This document shows positions 39,781-50,648 of a stretch of DNA of 64,000 nt, in pieces. This DNA is from Basidiobolus meristosporus CBS 931.73. Taxonomy: Eukaryota; Fungi; Basidiobolomycota. The notes beneath the pieces were generated by a model, which was not told where the DNA came from, did no database searches, and saw only the letters and a list, made by a program, of their open reading frames with translations. The stretch covers positions 1 to 64,000 of the forward strand of contig MCFE01000298.1 of NCBI GenBank assembly GCA_002104905.1, in the 5' to 3' direction. The stretch's first letter is position 1. Each line of letters starts with the position of its first letter. The translations under genes and the position numbers were made by a program.

Positions 39781-40950
39781 TGTTGTGTTGTATTATGATT
39801 AGTTTGGGGCTTGTTCTACAATATAGAGGCTAATCAACAATATACAACAACTTCCAGTATGCTAATACTGAAATAGTTTATTGGGAGTTTGATATACCGA
39901 TAGAAGATATAACTTTCACTAATTTCCTCACTCTTGGGCTCAAAATATATTGTAGGCAGTGTTTATCACTTCTACAGCAGTGTTCTGACCTTCTGTTGAC
40001 TAATGGGCCTATTTACTTTTATAGTAACTTTTCCTTATTTGGAAGTCACTTTCCTTTCTGAGAAAATATTTCCTAATATGGAAATTCTGAGCTCCCCTTT
40101 AACCTAAAGGGGTGTGTTGTAGAAGTCTCTAAAGGGGTCTTTAGACCTAAAGGGGTGTCTAAAGGGGTGTCTTTAGAGTAAAGGGGCTTCTTGTAGTGGT
40201 GTCTAAAGTGGACTTTACACTAAAGGGGTGCCTAAAGGGGTGTCTTTAAAGTTAAGGGGTTTCTTAGAGGGGACTTTTCCGACAGAAAAGTGGTAGTTTC
40301 TTGTAGAACTTAGATTGGATTCTTGTGAGCTTTGCAGTCTCTTTACTGATGTAGTACTGATCAAAGTTGGAATACTCAACAGTGCAAGTGATGCAGGGGA
40401 AGTCTTATAACCTTTAAACTTGTAATTGTAGTGTGGAGATTCTGGAAAGAGAGGCTCTCCCTTTATTTTTCAGCTGGGAAAGTCATATATATGAAAATTT
40501 TGAAGGATCAAAGTTTTTGGGCAATTGCGCAAGCAATACACGTGATACAAAGCTAAAATTTTGCAGTGGCGCAGATCGGACATAGGCGCAGCACCTGTGA
40601 ATATTTCACGTGATTTGATTGGCTGGTTCAAAAGTTACACGCGATCAAAGTCACCATAGTAATCCTAGCAATAAGGCATAGTATATATAATAGTTGGACT
40701 CTTTTGGTCATAACTCCTTAAGTACTGCTTCAAATGAGCTGTAATTTGAAACATGTGTTGGCTACTACATGTTCTGTATGACATAATATTCTTGGGTGGA
40801 TTGCTTGTCAGGGTCTGGAGCATTTGCTCTTCAAAGTTGGAAATTCTTGATCTTTCTCTTGTGTGTTACAATAGCAAAAAGCAAAATAAAGAAATGAGTG
40901 CAATATTGGTTTAGAGATATTGTAGTAATGGAATACTTTCCATTACCACA
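39781..40950 (-). repeat. Solo LTR family X, copy 2 (1170 bp)
   Basis: Reverse complement of X1 with 4-bp TSD GAGT. Its removal restores CTGGTAGAGTACTTGCTTAATGAG, as in copy A at about 10971. Confidence 0.9.
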
Positions 40951-42159
40951 GAGTACTTGCTTAATGAGAATCCATCAAGTGCTAAACCAAAGGCATGGTC
41001 ATATATACCTTCAAAGTAGCCCTTGCCTCTTAGCTGTTTGTAATGTTTGCCATCAAGTATATGGGATATGTTTGCACTTGATTGATAGTGAGTGCAGTAC
41101 TGTATAGCTTTGCAATATTTGTCCAACAGCATCAGCTTCTGCAGACAGGGTATGACCAGAGTATATCTGGGTGTGAACATTTTTTTCCATCAATGGTTGT
41201 GGATTCCTGACAGCTTGGACATGTTGCAATGGTACCATTTTTGGATGTGAATGCCATGCTACTGTTAACACATGCTGGTATCAGGACAGTGTCTGGATCA
41301 TATGCTGCCAGCCACATGACAGTTGTCTTCATGCACAATGTATATGGTAAGTTGCATCCAGGTATGATTTTGGCAAGAAGCAATTATAAATCCTCAAAGC
41401 CCCCATGACTGATATTAGTGGAAACACACCACTTCTCTAGCCACAACATTACACCATTCACCAGTAGATGGATTACTGGGCTCACTTGGCTCCATAAATT
41501 ATCCCTGGCATTTTTTTCAATGGCTGCTGTCTCATTGCATATAGGGATTTGACCAGGCTTATACATGGTACTGTTGTTAGGGGAAATAGGGTCAAAATCT
41601 ATCAGTGGACCTTCTTTGTCAGAGCTGTCACTCTGCATGCCATATTCAGAAGGCTGAGGTGAGCCTAAAGGCATTACAAACTCACCTGACTCAGTTTGCA
41701 CAAGGTGACAAAAACGGCTGGGTGCCAATATAGAAGTATCAACTGGCTGGCAAGATAATGTTAGTATAGTAGTGACCAATGAATGGTCAAATATGACTTG
41801 GGTGGCAAAACACTGTCTGTGAGCCATGTAATACATCCTATGCTGTCTGTGTGCTTCATGGCTGAGAGACTTGCCACAATAGCCACATGGTTTTTTTCTC
41901 TTCTCTTACAGCATTGAGTCAAAATAGTCTTGTCCATGGGGCAAACAGTATAGTCTTTAACAACATAATGCTGTTATATCACTTTTTGGTCAATACTCAT
42001 GTGAACTTAAGACAGTCTTGTATTTGAGATATTGCACCTACATGAATGTAAAATTCAATGCTGACCTGCCATAGTAAGCATTCTAAATAAAGTTGTGGCA
42101 CCACATACACATGTATATGTAGCACCACTTCCCCTTTGGCTTGACTCATTTCCATATAT

Positions 42160-44066
42160 ATGGCGCCAAGAAATTAAGCAAAGTTGTTTGGTTCTCAACC
42201 AAACCCCACCACTGACAGCAACAGAAGAACAGTTGGACAACAGCTTGCTTTGACATTCAGTGCAACAAGTGGGGCTACATCCAAAAAAGGCCCTGTGGAC
42301 AGTGCACCTGTTGAAGGTAATAATGTGGAGTTGTCAGGCTCTCAGTGAAGTAGGCAATTGAGAACCACTGCGGAGCCACAAGCTGACTGTTATGCACAGG
42401 CAGATGAGAGTTTAGCAATTGCAGTACCCTCAGTCAAAGATTAGCAAGTGGCCATGATAACATCACCACCACCCATTATACCAAGTATGCTGTCAGCTAA
42501 TACCAAAGCATTCATGAAGCAATTAGGAGCAGTGGCTGATAAGATAGGTGCATTGGCCCAGAGAAATCAGGAAATAGTCCAGAAATAGGATGGGAGGATA
42601 ATATGTGTAGAGCAAGCCATATCCCAGGTAGAGAAAGCAGTACCTTTGCTGCAATGAATGAACTCAAAATAGTAGCTCAATGTCACAGCCATGAATTGAG
42701 CCATATTCCAATGTAACAGCAGAGGAACACCATACAGTCTTTGAAGCATAACAACAGTGCCAAAGGATAAAGCTTACAGAAATACCTATCACAGTGTGGG
42801 AGGGAGACAGTGTGGTGTTTATGCCAAAGCCCAAAGATCAAAAGACATTGAAAATCTGTGAAGCCATTCAGTGCAATAATGAAGAGTGGGCTAATATACA
42901 AGAGGCTGTCAGAAGTCTAGCATGCCATCACCTTAAGGCTGGCATACCATGGGACCATCAGGAGCTCAAGGCTAAGCAGAATGCACTTGGCTTGTTTCAT
43001 GAGCATTATCCTGGATTCAAACAAGCAAACATATTTTGGGCCAGCATTGGTATGCTAAGAAAGTATCTTAAGAATAGCAGAAGCTAACAATGGCAGAAAA
43101 CAAGGGTGCCATGGCTAAAAACTAGCAGCTTCCTGATGTGGCTATTGCAAGCAGGGCCAAAAGCTCCAGACAAGCATCAGAGAGCCATCAGGTAGCTGGA
43201 AGGGTGCCAACTAGGGACAAGCAGGCAGACACAAATACACCAGCACTCATCAAGGAAAAAGTGTAGTATCACTCAAAAAGCACCCAGTCAAAGTAGCAGT
43301 GAAGGACCTGGCGGTGATAAAACTAGCAGCTTTTAAAGGAGCTTGTCACACTATGGCTGAGGGCTCAAAACAAGCGGAAAAGAAGCGTCAGGTTGCCAGA
43401 AGAGTGCCAGCAAGGGACAAGCAGGCCAAAGCAGAGGCATCAGAGCAGAATTTATCCAGAAGAGAAGGTAGTTCTTTATAAGAAGCACTCAGACAAAGTA
43501 GCAGTGAAAGACCTGGCAGTGATAAAGGAAAAAGTAAAGGGAAAAATATCTACCCAAGCCTGAGACAGGGAGGCATGCAAAAAAAACTGCAGTTCTTACC
43601 AATTAATGCAGCAAGCCCAGAACAGACTGAATCCCATCATAGCCAAGAAGAATTATCAATAAGAAAGGAGCTGTTTTCACAAGAGTTGGAAGTGCAGCCA
43701 GTTGAGCTACACCCCAGCAAGGTAGATGAGTTTGCAGAAAAAGGCAATATGTCTACCGCAGCCTGTACATCCTCCATTGTTGACAGAGTGGCAATCCCAC
43801 TGACAGACAAGGCTACAATATCAACAGCTCAAAAGACTATCAAGACGCCTTCAGTGAAGTTTTGGAACTTTAATAGGCACACTCAGAGGTTGCAGTACTT
43901 CTTCAATAACAGTGCTCAAGAAAATACACTGGAATATTGCAAGGACTTATTGCAAAGACTTGATTATGAGGTACTAGACCTTGCAATGCCAGCTGAAAAC
44001 CAGGATGTGTGGGAACCAGTCAATGGACAGTGGCATAAAGCCATTGTGTTCCTGCCAAAGTTGTAG
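42160..44066 (+). pseudogene. Transposon ORF2 (accessory protein of unknown family, ~630 codons)
   Basis: Homologous starts at 12178, 42160 and 46545. It has a coiled-coil-like segment, a helical domain (EEWANIQEAVRSLACHHLKAGIPWDHQ...YPGFKQANIFWASIGMLRKYLKN), K/S-rich repeats and a C-terminal domain ending WHKAIVFLPKL. Contains stops and frameshifts or an intron. Confidence 0.75.
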
Positions 44067-44579
44067 AACCAGTCTTTGGTTTCTGAAAAGACTCATTATA
44101 TATAAGCATACAAAATTCATCCAGCAATGGATACCAGTAGCTATCCAGGTTGGATTGTGATTTAGGTTCAGATACCAGTGAGACTACCATCAGATTGTTG
44201 CTCTGATACCATAAGATGGGCAGCAGATTCAGATTGATGTGAACTAGTGGCCAGCAGGATTTGCTGGTAGAGTGCTGGTTGAATGAGAATCAATTAAGTG
44301 CTAAGGCAAAGGCATGGTCATACATACCTTCAAAGTAGCCCTTACTTCTTAGCTGTTTGTAATGATTGCTATCAAATATATTGGATATGTTTGAGCTTGA
44401 TTTATACTGAGTGAGGTACTTTATAGCTTTGCAATATTTGCTGGACTGCATCAGCTTCCTCAGACAGGGCATTACTGGAGTATATCTGGAGTGTGAACAA
44501 TGTTTCCCCTCAATTGTCATGGATTCCTGACAGTTTGGACATGTTGCAATGGTAGCATTTTTTGATGTGAATGCCATGC

Positions 44580-45650
44580 TCTAGTGGGGTGACAGTGACA
44601 CCCACTGACAGATGTGCTCATTCCCATATTTGCTACTTCCCTGTATCTCTACTACACTCAGTTTAGTTTTATCCCATTTGTCTTACCTGATCAGTACTAT
44701 TCCATAAGCCAGTTGACTATCACACCTGCTTACCTTATTGCATAACTTACCCCTTGCTTTATGTAAGATTACTAGCTATAAGTGCTTCTACATTAGGCAA
44801 GTACCTGCGCCAGTACCCATGATACATGGTCAACCTGTGTCACCATCCCTACTGTTTCCATACCATATATGGTATCCATATGTTACACAGGTTTCAGAAT
44901 ACTGATTACTGATTGGTTGGATGTGCTGTACCTCTTAGAACCTTCTGGCACCTACTTAGAACATTCTTAGGTCATTCTGATGCCATTAAGACTTCTATTT
45001 GATATCCGGAACCTTCTGGAACACCATGATTAGTAATCACTTAGCCAGTAAGAAAAGTATATAAGGGAGGCTATCCCTCAACAATAAATCATCATCCCTT
45101 TTATCAAAATACCAACTTGTTGATTAGTGTGATCACTGCTGCCTACTGCTACCTGAACTTCCAACCCCAGACCACAGAACACTTCCAGGAAACCATGCTG
45201 ACAGCCAACTGACCATGGAGGCACTACTTGTGAGGAATACTCAGAGTAGGTATCTTTTACTATATTTGATTCTTTCCCAAGTTTGTACCTGTACAGGCAA
45301 AGATACTTTTCCATCTTTGTAACTATTGACCACAGCTGCATTCTTATCAAGTCCCTGCTAGTAGAGTTTACAGTTGCTTTGACTTTGGACGCTTTAGTAC
45401 ATTGTCATCTCAAAGAATACTGAACCCAGCATATACTTTTGTTAAGACGCCAACTAAGTTGGGGATTGTAGCTCAGTATTTTCCCTTGACAAGCTTGTGG
45501 CTTTATTCCCCTTCACATTAGATTAGAGACAGAACCCAAGTACTCCTAGCAAGCTTTTGCCAGAGGTTATTGCACCCAGTGAACACCCCACAAACAACAC
45601 ACTTGAGAAGTGTTGGACTTATATCTCCCTTGGATCTATACACCATCACA
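44580..45650 (-). repeat. Solo LTR family Y (~1071 bp)
   Basis: Ends T(C)TAGTGGGG...CACCATCACA, with intact TGTAGTGGGG in the paralog at 36115. 4-bp TSD ATGC/ACGC. Its removal restores the transposase frame. Further fragments lie at 36115-36465 and 47335-47467. Confidence 0.82.
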
Positions 45651-48600
45651 ACGCTACTGTTAACATATGCTGGAATCAGGACAGTCTCTGGATCATATGC
45701 TGCCAGCCACATGACAGTTATCCTCATGTACCATGTACATGGTAAGTTGCATGCTGGTATGATCTTGGAAAGAAGTACTTATAAATCCTCAGAGCCCCCA
45801 TTACTGATATTAGTGGAAACACACCACTTCTCTAGCCACAATATTGCATCATTCACCAGTAGATGGATTACTGGGCTCACTTGGCTCCGTAAAGTATCCT
45901 TGGCACTTGTTTTAACAGGTGCTGTCGCATTGCATATAGGTATTTGACCAGGCTCATAAGTGGTACTGCTGTTAGGGGAAGTAGGCTCAGAATCCATCAG
46001 TAGATCTTCTTTGTTAGAGCTATCACTCTGTGTGCCATATTCAGAAGGCTCAGGTGAGCCTAAAGGTGTCAAAAACTCACCTGCCTCAGTTTGCACAAGG
46101 TGACAAAGACAATATAGAAGCATCAGCTGGCTGGCAAGATAATGTTGGTATAGTAGTGACTGATGAAAGGTCAAATATGACTTGTGTGGCAAAACACTGG
46201 CCTTGGTCCTTGTAGTACTCTGTATGCTGACTGTGTGCTTCATGGCTGATCAGCTTTCTACAATAGCCAAGTGGTCTTTTTTCTCTTCTCTTACAGCATT
46301 GAGTCAAAGTAGTCTTATCTATGGGGCAAACAGTTTGACCTTCAACAGCGTATTGCTATTATATCACTTTTTGTTTGCAACTGGTGTGAGCTTATGACAG
46401 TCTTTTATTTGAGACAATGCAGCTACATGAATGTAAGATTCAATGATGAACTACCATAGTAAGCATTCTAGATAAAGTTGTGGCACCACATACGTATGTA
46501 TATGTAACACTATTTCCGCTTTAGTTTGAATCACTTCCATATACATGCTGCCAAAAAATAATACAAAGCTGCTGTTTCCCAACCAAACCCCACCACTGAC
46601 AGCAATGGAGGAATGGTTGGACAACAGCTTACTTTGACATTAAGTGCAACAAGCAGGGCTACATCCAAAAAAGGTCCTCTGGATAGTGTGCCCTTTGAAA
46701 ATAATAATGCTGACTTGTCAGGCTCTCAGTCAGGTAGGCAATTGAGAACCTCTGTGGAGCCACAAACTGACTGTTACACACAGGCATATGAGAATGTAGC
46801 ATACACAGTATCCTCAGTTGAAGACCAGCAAGTGGCCATCATAATACAATCACTACCCATATTAGCAAGTATGCTGTTTGCTCATGCCAATGCATCAATG
46901 AAGCAATTAGGTGCAGTGGCTGATAAAATAGATGCAATGGCCCAGAGAAATTAGGAAATAGTCCAGAAACGGGATAAGTGGATAATATGTATAGAGCAAT
47001 CAATATTCCAGGTGGAGAAAGCAGTACCTTTGCTACAAAGATGGAACTCAAGTAGCTCAATATAGGTGTTTATACCAAAGCCAAAAAATCAAAAGACATT
47101 GAAGATCTGTGAAGACATTCAGTGCAATAATGAAGAGTGGGCTAATATTCAAGAAGCTGTCAGAAGTCTAGCACGCCATCACCTTAAGGCAGGCATACCA
47201 TGGGACCATCAGGAACTCAATACCAAGCAGAATGCACTTGACTTGTTCCATAAGCATTATTGCTGGATTCATACAGCAAACAGATTTTGGGCCAGCATTG
47301 GTATGCTAAGAAAGTATCTTAAGATACCTTTCCATTAAATTAGAGACAGAACCCAAGTATTCCTACCAAGCTTTTGCCAGAGGTTATTGCACCCAGTGAA
47401 CACCCCACACACAAAACACTTGAGAAGTGTTGGACGTATCTCTCCCTTGGACCTATACACCACCACACTGGTCTGATGTGTGTCCTTTCCTTTTGCAGTA
47501 GTTGCAAAAGAGATTGCTGTTGCCTTTGTAGGGTCTTGGGTACCTCTTTTTTTGGTTATCATTGCTCATTAAGGTATTTCTTTCTTCCTTCTTATTGGCA
47601 CTTGATTTTCTTAATTTTTTGCTAAGGAGCCTTCCATATATGTAATTTAAGGTCAAATCTTCAGCTCTGGACTCCAGGGCTGATACAAGGCCCTGAAACT
47701 TGTCTGTCAGGCTATTCAGGATGGTTACTATCACATCCTCTTCAGTAGTTGGTATACCCAGAGATTCCATCTCATCCACCAGTAGGGTAATTCTGTTGAT
47801 TAGATTTTTCATTTCTTCCCCTGGCAGCATCTTTGTGGTAAGGAATCTTTGTCTTAGGTATGTTTTCTTAGCAGCTGAACATGACTGGTAGGTATCTTCT
47901 AGTGCCATCCAGGCATTCTTTGTAGTTTTTGCTCTTGAGCATTGTATTAGCAATTTGTCTTTAACATTAAGGCAAATGCAGTTAAAGGCACTTTGTTCTT
48001 TCTTCTGGTACTCTAAGGCTTCCTCTCCCACGCTTTTAGGAGAGCATTCTTCTCCCATGACAATATCCCAAAGGCCTCTTTCTTGTTGCAGCATCTGCTT
48101 TGTCACCTTCCACACAGGGTAGTTAGATCCATCCAACTTTTCAGCAGAGGGAAAAATTCCAGTAATAGAAGTAGTAAACATTGCAGAGAGTGACAGATTT
48201 GGGCTGATAACCTGTTGTAAGATCCTTGGAGATATTAGAAGTGATTTGGTGGACAAGTAGACTATGTGGTTTTCACTTAGTGATTTTTTCAATGTAAAAG
48301 TAGTATTTTTACTTTTACATGGTACTGGCATAACAGGCATATAGAATAAGTTAAGGAAGTTCCCAAGAACATGTGTGCAAAGATTGGGGCTGTTTGGACA
48401 ACTTTGCAAGTTTTCATATTCAGGGTACCTGACATATTGGTGAAAATATTCTAAGTAAATCCCAACAAGGAATTTGGTCCATATTCCCTAGGAATTGAAG
48501 GTAATGATCTAAGTGATTAAGTTAGGTGAATATTTTGGTGTAATTACAAATTTTTGTATCATTACAAATCTAAGCAGCCCCAATGAGTTGTTTATCAGTT

Positions 48601-49880
48601 AAGTAATGCAATGTTAGATTGGGTGCAACAAGTAACTAATTTTTATTAGGAAAACTCTACCAAGGAATGCCAGATCTCTCTTGGTCACAAGCTAGTTTCT
48701 ACACTACTTGATTTGGAATTCACACAAACAATAGCCAGAGCACACCTATAAGGGGAACTAGAATCCAGCAGGGAGAAGGAATATATTGGCTCAGTACAAA
48801 AAAGTTCTTTGTGGATAATCAAGAGGTACTCATGGCAAAAGTGGTGGCAACCAAGCATATGCTTGCATAGAGTATATGTTACCAGCAATATAAGGGACAT
48901 GGCAGCTTTACAAGGATCATACTGAAAGACCATAGAGTTGAGGTCATAGAAGTGTGTCAATTGCAGTGCGTGTGCATATCTATAGCAGATAGTAACCAAG
49001 AGTCCATAGCTACTATTGGTTCAAGATATATATGGAGCAGCCATGGTAGTAGTGAGTAAGCAAATAAAGAAGCATGAATGTATAATACATGTATGAGTGG
49101 TGTAAGGGGAGGCAGAAAAATGAAATACTGTTTGGTAAATTGCTATTATATATTATACAGGACTAGCTGTAGGCTGCTGTACTGCAATGATAATGCTAGC
49201 AGTAGTTCACATCAACACATCCAGAGCACAGTCAGAACAACATTGAGTATTTTGCCCTATAAGGCAATTGCATATATGGGCCACTTAGGTCTGCTCAAAT
49301 ACATGTATATGGCATTAAGACCATAATACTGCCTTGATAGTCATGCCAAAAGACTGTTAGAACATTTTCAAGTGAATTGCCTAATTTTGCAATAAATGCA
49401 GTACACCCCATTACAATCCTGCCACAACATCAAGAAGAAGGTCAGCAATTCCATGCAAAGACATATAGTTGAGGAGATATGAGTGTGCAAGTTGCTGCAG
49501 GTGTGAACAAGTGTTCAGGCTAAGAGGTAGGAGGCCCTAGGATATTTTTGATTTAGATTATATGCCTGTGGTAGTAGTGGGTAATGCAATACAGAGTCAT
49601 GATTCTACAGCTAATTATATGTATGACATATGGGGTTGTAGAAAAGTTATATGCTATTTGACATATTACACAGTAGAGTTGCAGAGGAACAGTAGTAGGC
49701 CATCATATAGCCATCATAAAGCCATCAAAGATCTACAATGAGGCCATCAAAGCACTTTAAAGTCTCTTCCAGTCTTAGGTAATCAGCCCTATGAAAGTCT
49801 AAAAGTTGGAATATATATATTTCTAGATGGTATTCAGCTGGTACTCTTATGATTTTCTGCTGGTACTTGGCTGGTGCTTA

Positions 49881-50240
49881 TGTTGTAATTATTAGGTTTC
49901 CACCTAAATATTCATGCTTGCTTATTCACATAAATCTTATTCTTTGATTAGCATTCTGTCCTGACCAAATTTCTTGTTGGGATTTACTTAAAATATTTCA
50001 CCAAATTATCAGATACCCATATTATGATCTTTCTTGAGTTGTCCAAGAGCCCCCAAACTTTGCACACATATTCTTGGGACCTTCCTTCACAAACTCTACA
50101 CATTTGTTTGCTCTACTTTATCAAAAGTATAGATGCCATAAGTTTGATCAATAAATCTACAAGTGAATAGCATGTAAATCCTCTAGTTCTCTACATCACT
50201 TCCAATACTCCCCAGAATATTGCAACAGGTTATACCCCAG
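49881..50240 (+). repeat. Copia LTR (49881-50227) with decayed PBS, opposite orientation
   Basis: TGTTGTAA...GCAACA followed by GGTTATACCCCAG. Reverse complement of the other copia LTRs. Confidence 0.75.
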
Positions 50241-50648
50241 AATTTCATTTGAAATCTTTAGTGGAAGTAATGTGCAGCTGATTACCAAATATGTTATGAA
50301 TGTTAGCTTGCCTAATCTTCCCCTAGAAAGAGTGTATGCTTGTCTGCTGTGAAGCTGGTATCTAAGATACTGAGAGATGTTGCGTCTGGGAAAGCTTGAA
50401 TTCAGCTTCATTCTGCTGACCTTTTCCTAGTTTTTTGCCTTAGTGCAGATGTACAGGCTAGTTTTCACCCTGTCCCAATAATACAGGCTGCTATAGGTCT
50501 ACTATAGGGCAATAAGAGACTTCTCAGGGGGCTAACAATTTGAAATCAAGTGTGTTGCCATCTTTGACACTCCAGATAGCAAAGCACCATCAATATCCTG
50601 ATATAGAGTTATTGAGAGTGTCTAAAGCTCTGAGCAGCTGGTACTATA

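Larger units (their letters stand above)
37724..44090 (-). mobile_element. Tnp2/EnSpm-like transposon, copy E (most complete)
   Basis: Terminus CCCTATGAAAAATAATTTGG at 37724. Transposase from ATG 41937 down to about 38090, interrupted by LTR X2. A 222-bp intergenic region is followed by ORF2 at 42160-44066. The far terminus was not found. Confidence 0.9.
36087..47335 (-). mobile_element. Tnp2/EnSpm-like transposon, copy D (in pieces at 36087-37723, ~44100-44579 and 45651-47335)
   Basis: Terminus CCCTATAAAAAATAATTAGG at 36087. Colinear transposase pieces. ORF2 starts at ATG 46545 and is truncated at about 47335. Assigning the 44100-47335 pieces to the same copy is an inference from colinearity. 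Confidence 0.75.
34829..48561 (-). mobile_element. Copia element split by nested insertions (3' LTR 34829-35176; 5' LTR 48213-48561)
   Basis: Same-orientation ~349-bp LTRs with an exact 5-bp TSD TTACA (34824-34828 and 48562-48566). RNase H/RT at 35177-36086 and gag at 47468-48190. The integrase region is missing. Confidence 0.88.
32165..49787 (+). mobile_element. Tnp2/EnSpm-like transposon, copy C (outer shell of the nest)
   Basis: Transposase fragments at ~32165-33608, 34738-34828 and 48567-~49200 rejoin across the GATG and TTACA TSDs (TFKSVLDV|IYWHMED; CATTACA|AATCTAAGCAGCCCCAAT, equivalent to IKKLSSPN). Both ends are approximate. Confidence 0.8.

Noticed and set aside
40100-40270. TAAAGGGGTGTC array as a CRISPR array or telomere
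   Set aside because: It has no unique spacers, is degenerate, and is internal to an LTR in a eukaryotic genome.
33609-40950. X1 and X2 as giant terminal inverted repeats of one composite transposon
   Set aside because: Each copy has its own distinct TSD (GATG, GAGT) and interrupts a different host copy, so they are independent insertions.
47453-48409. 318-aa ORF as a novel gene
   Set aside because: It is a chance read-through of copia LTR, PBS and gag ending in a family Y LTR fragment.
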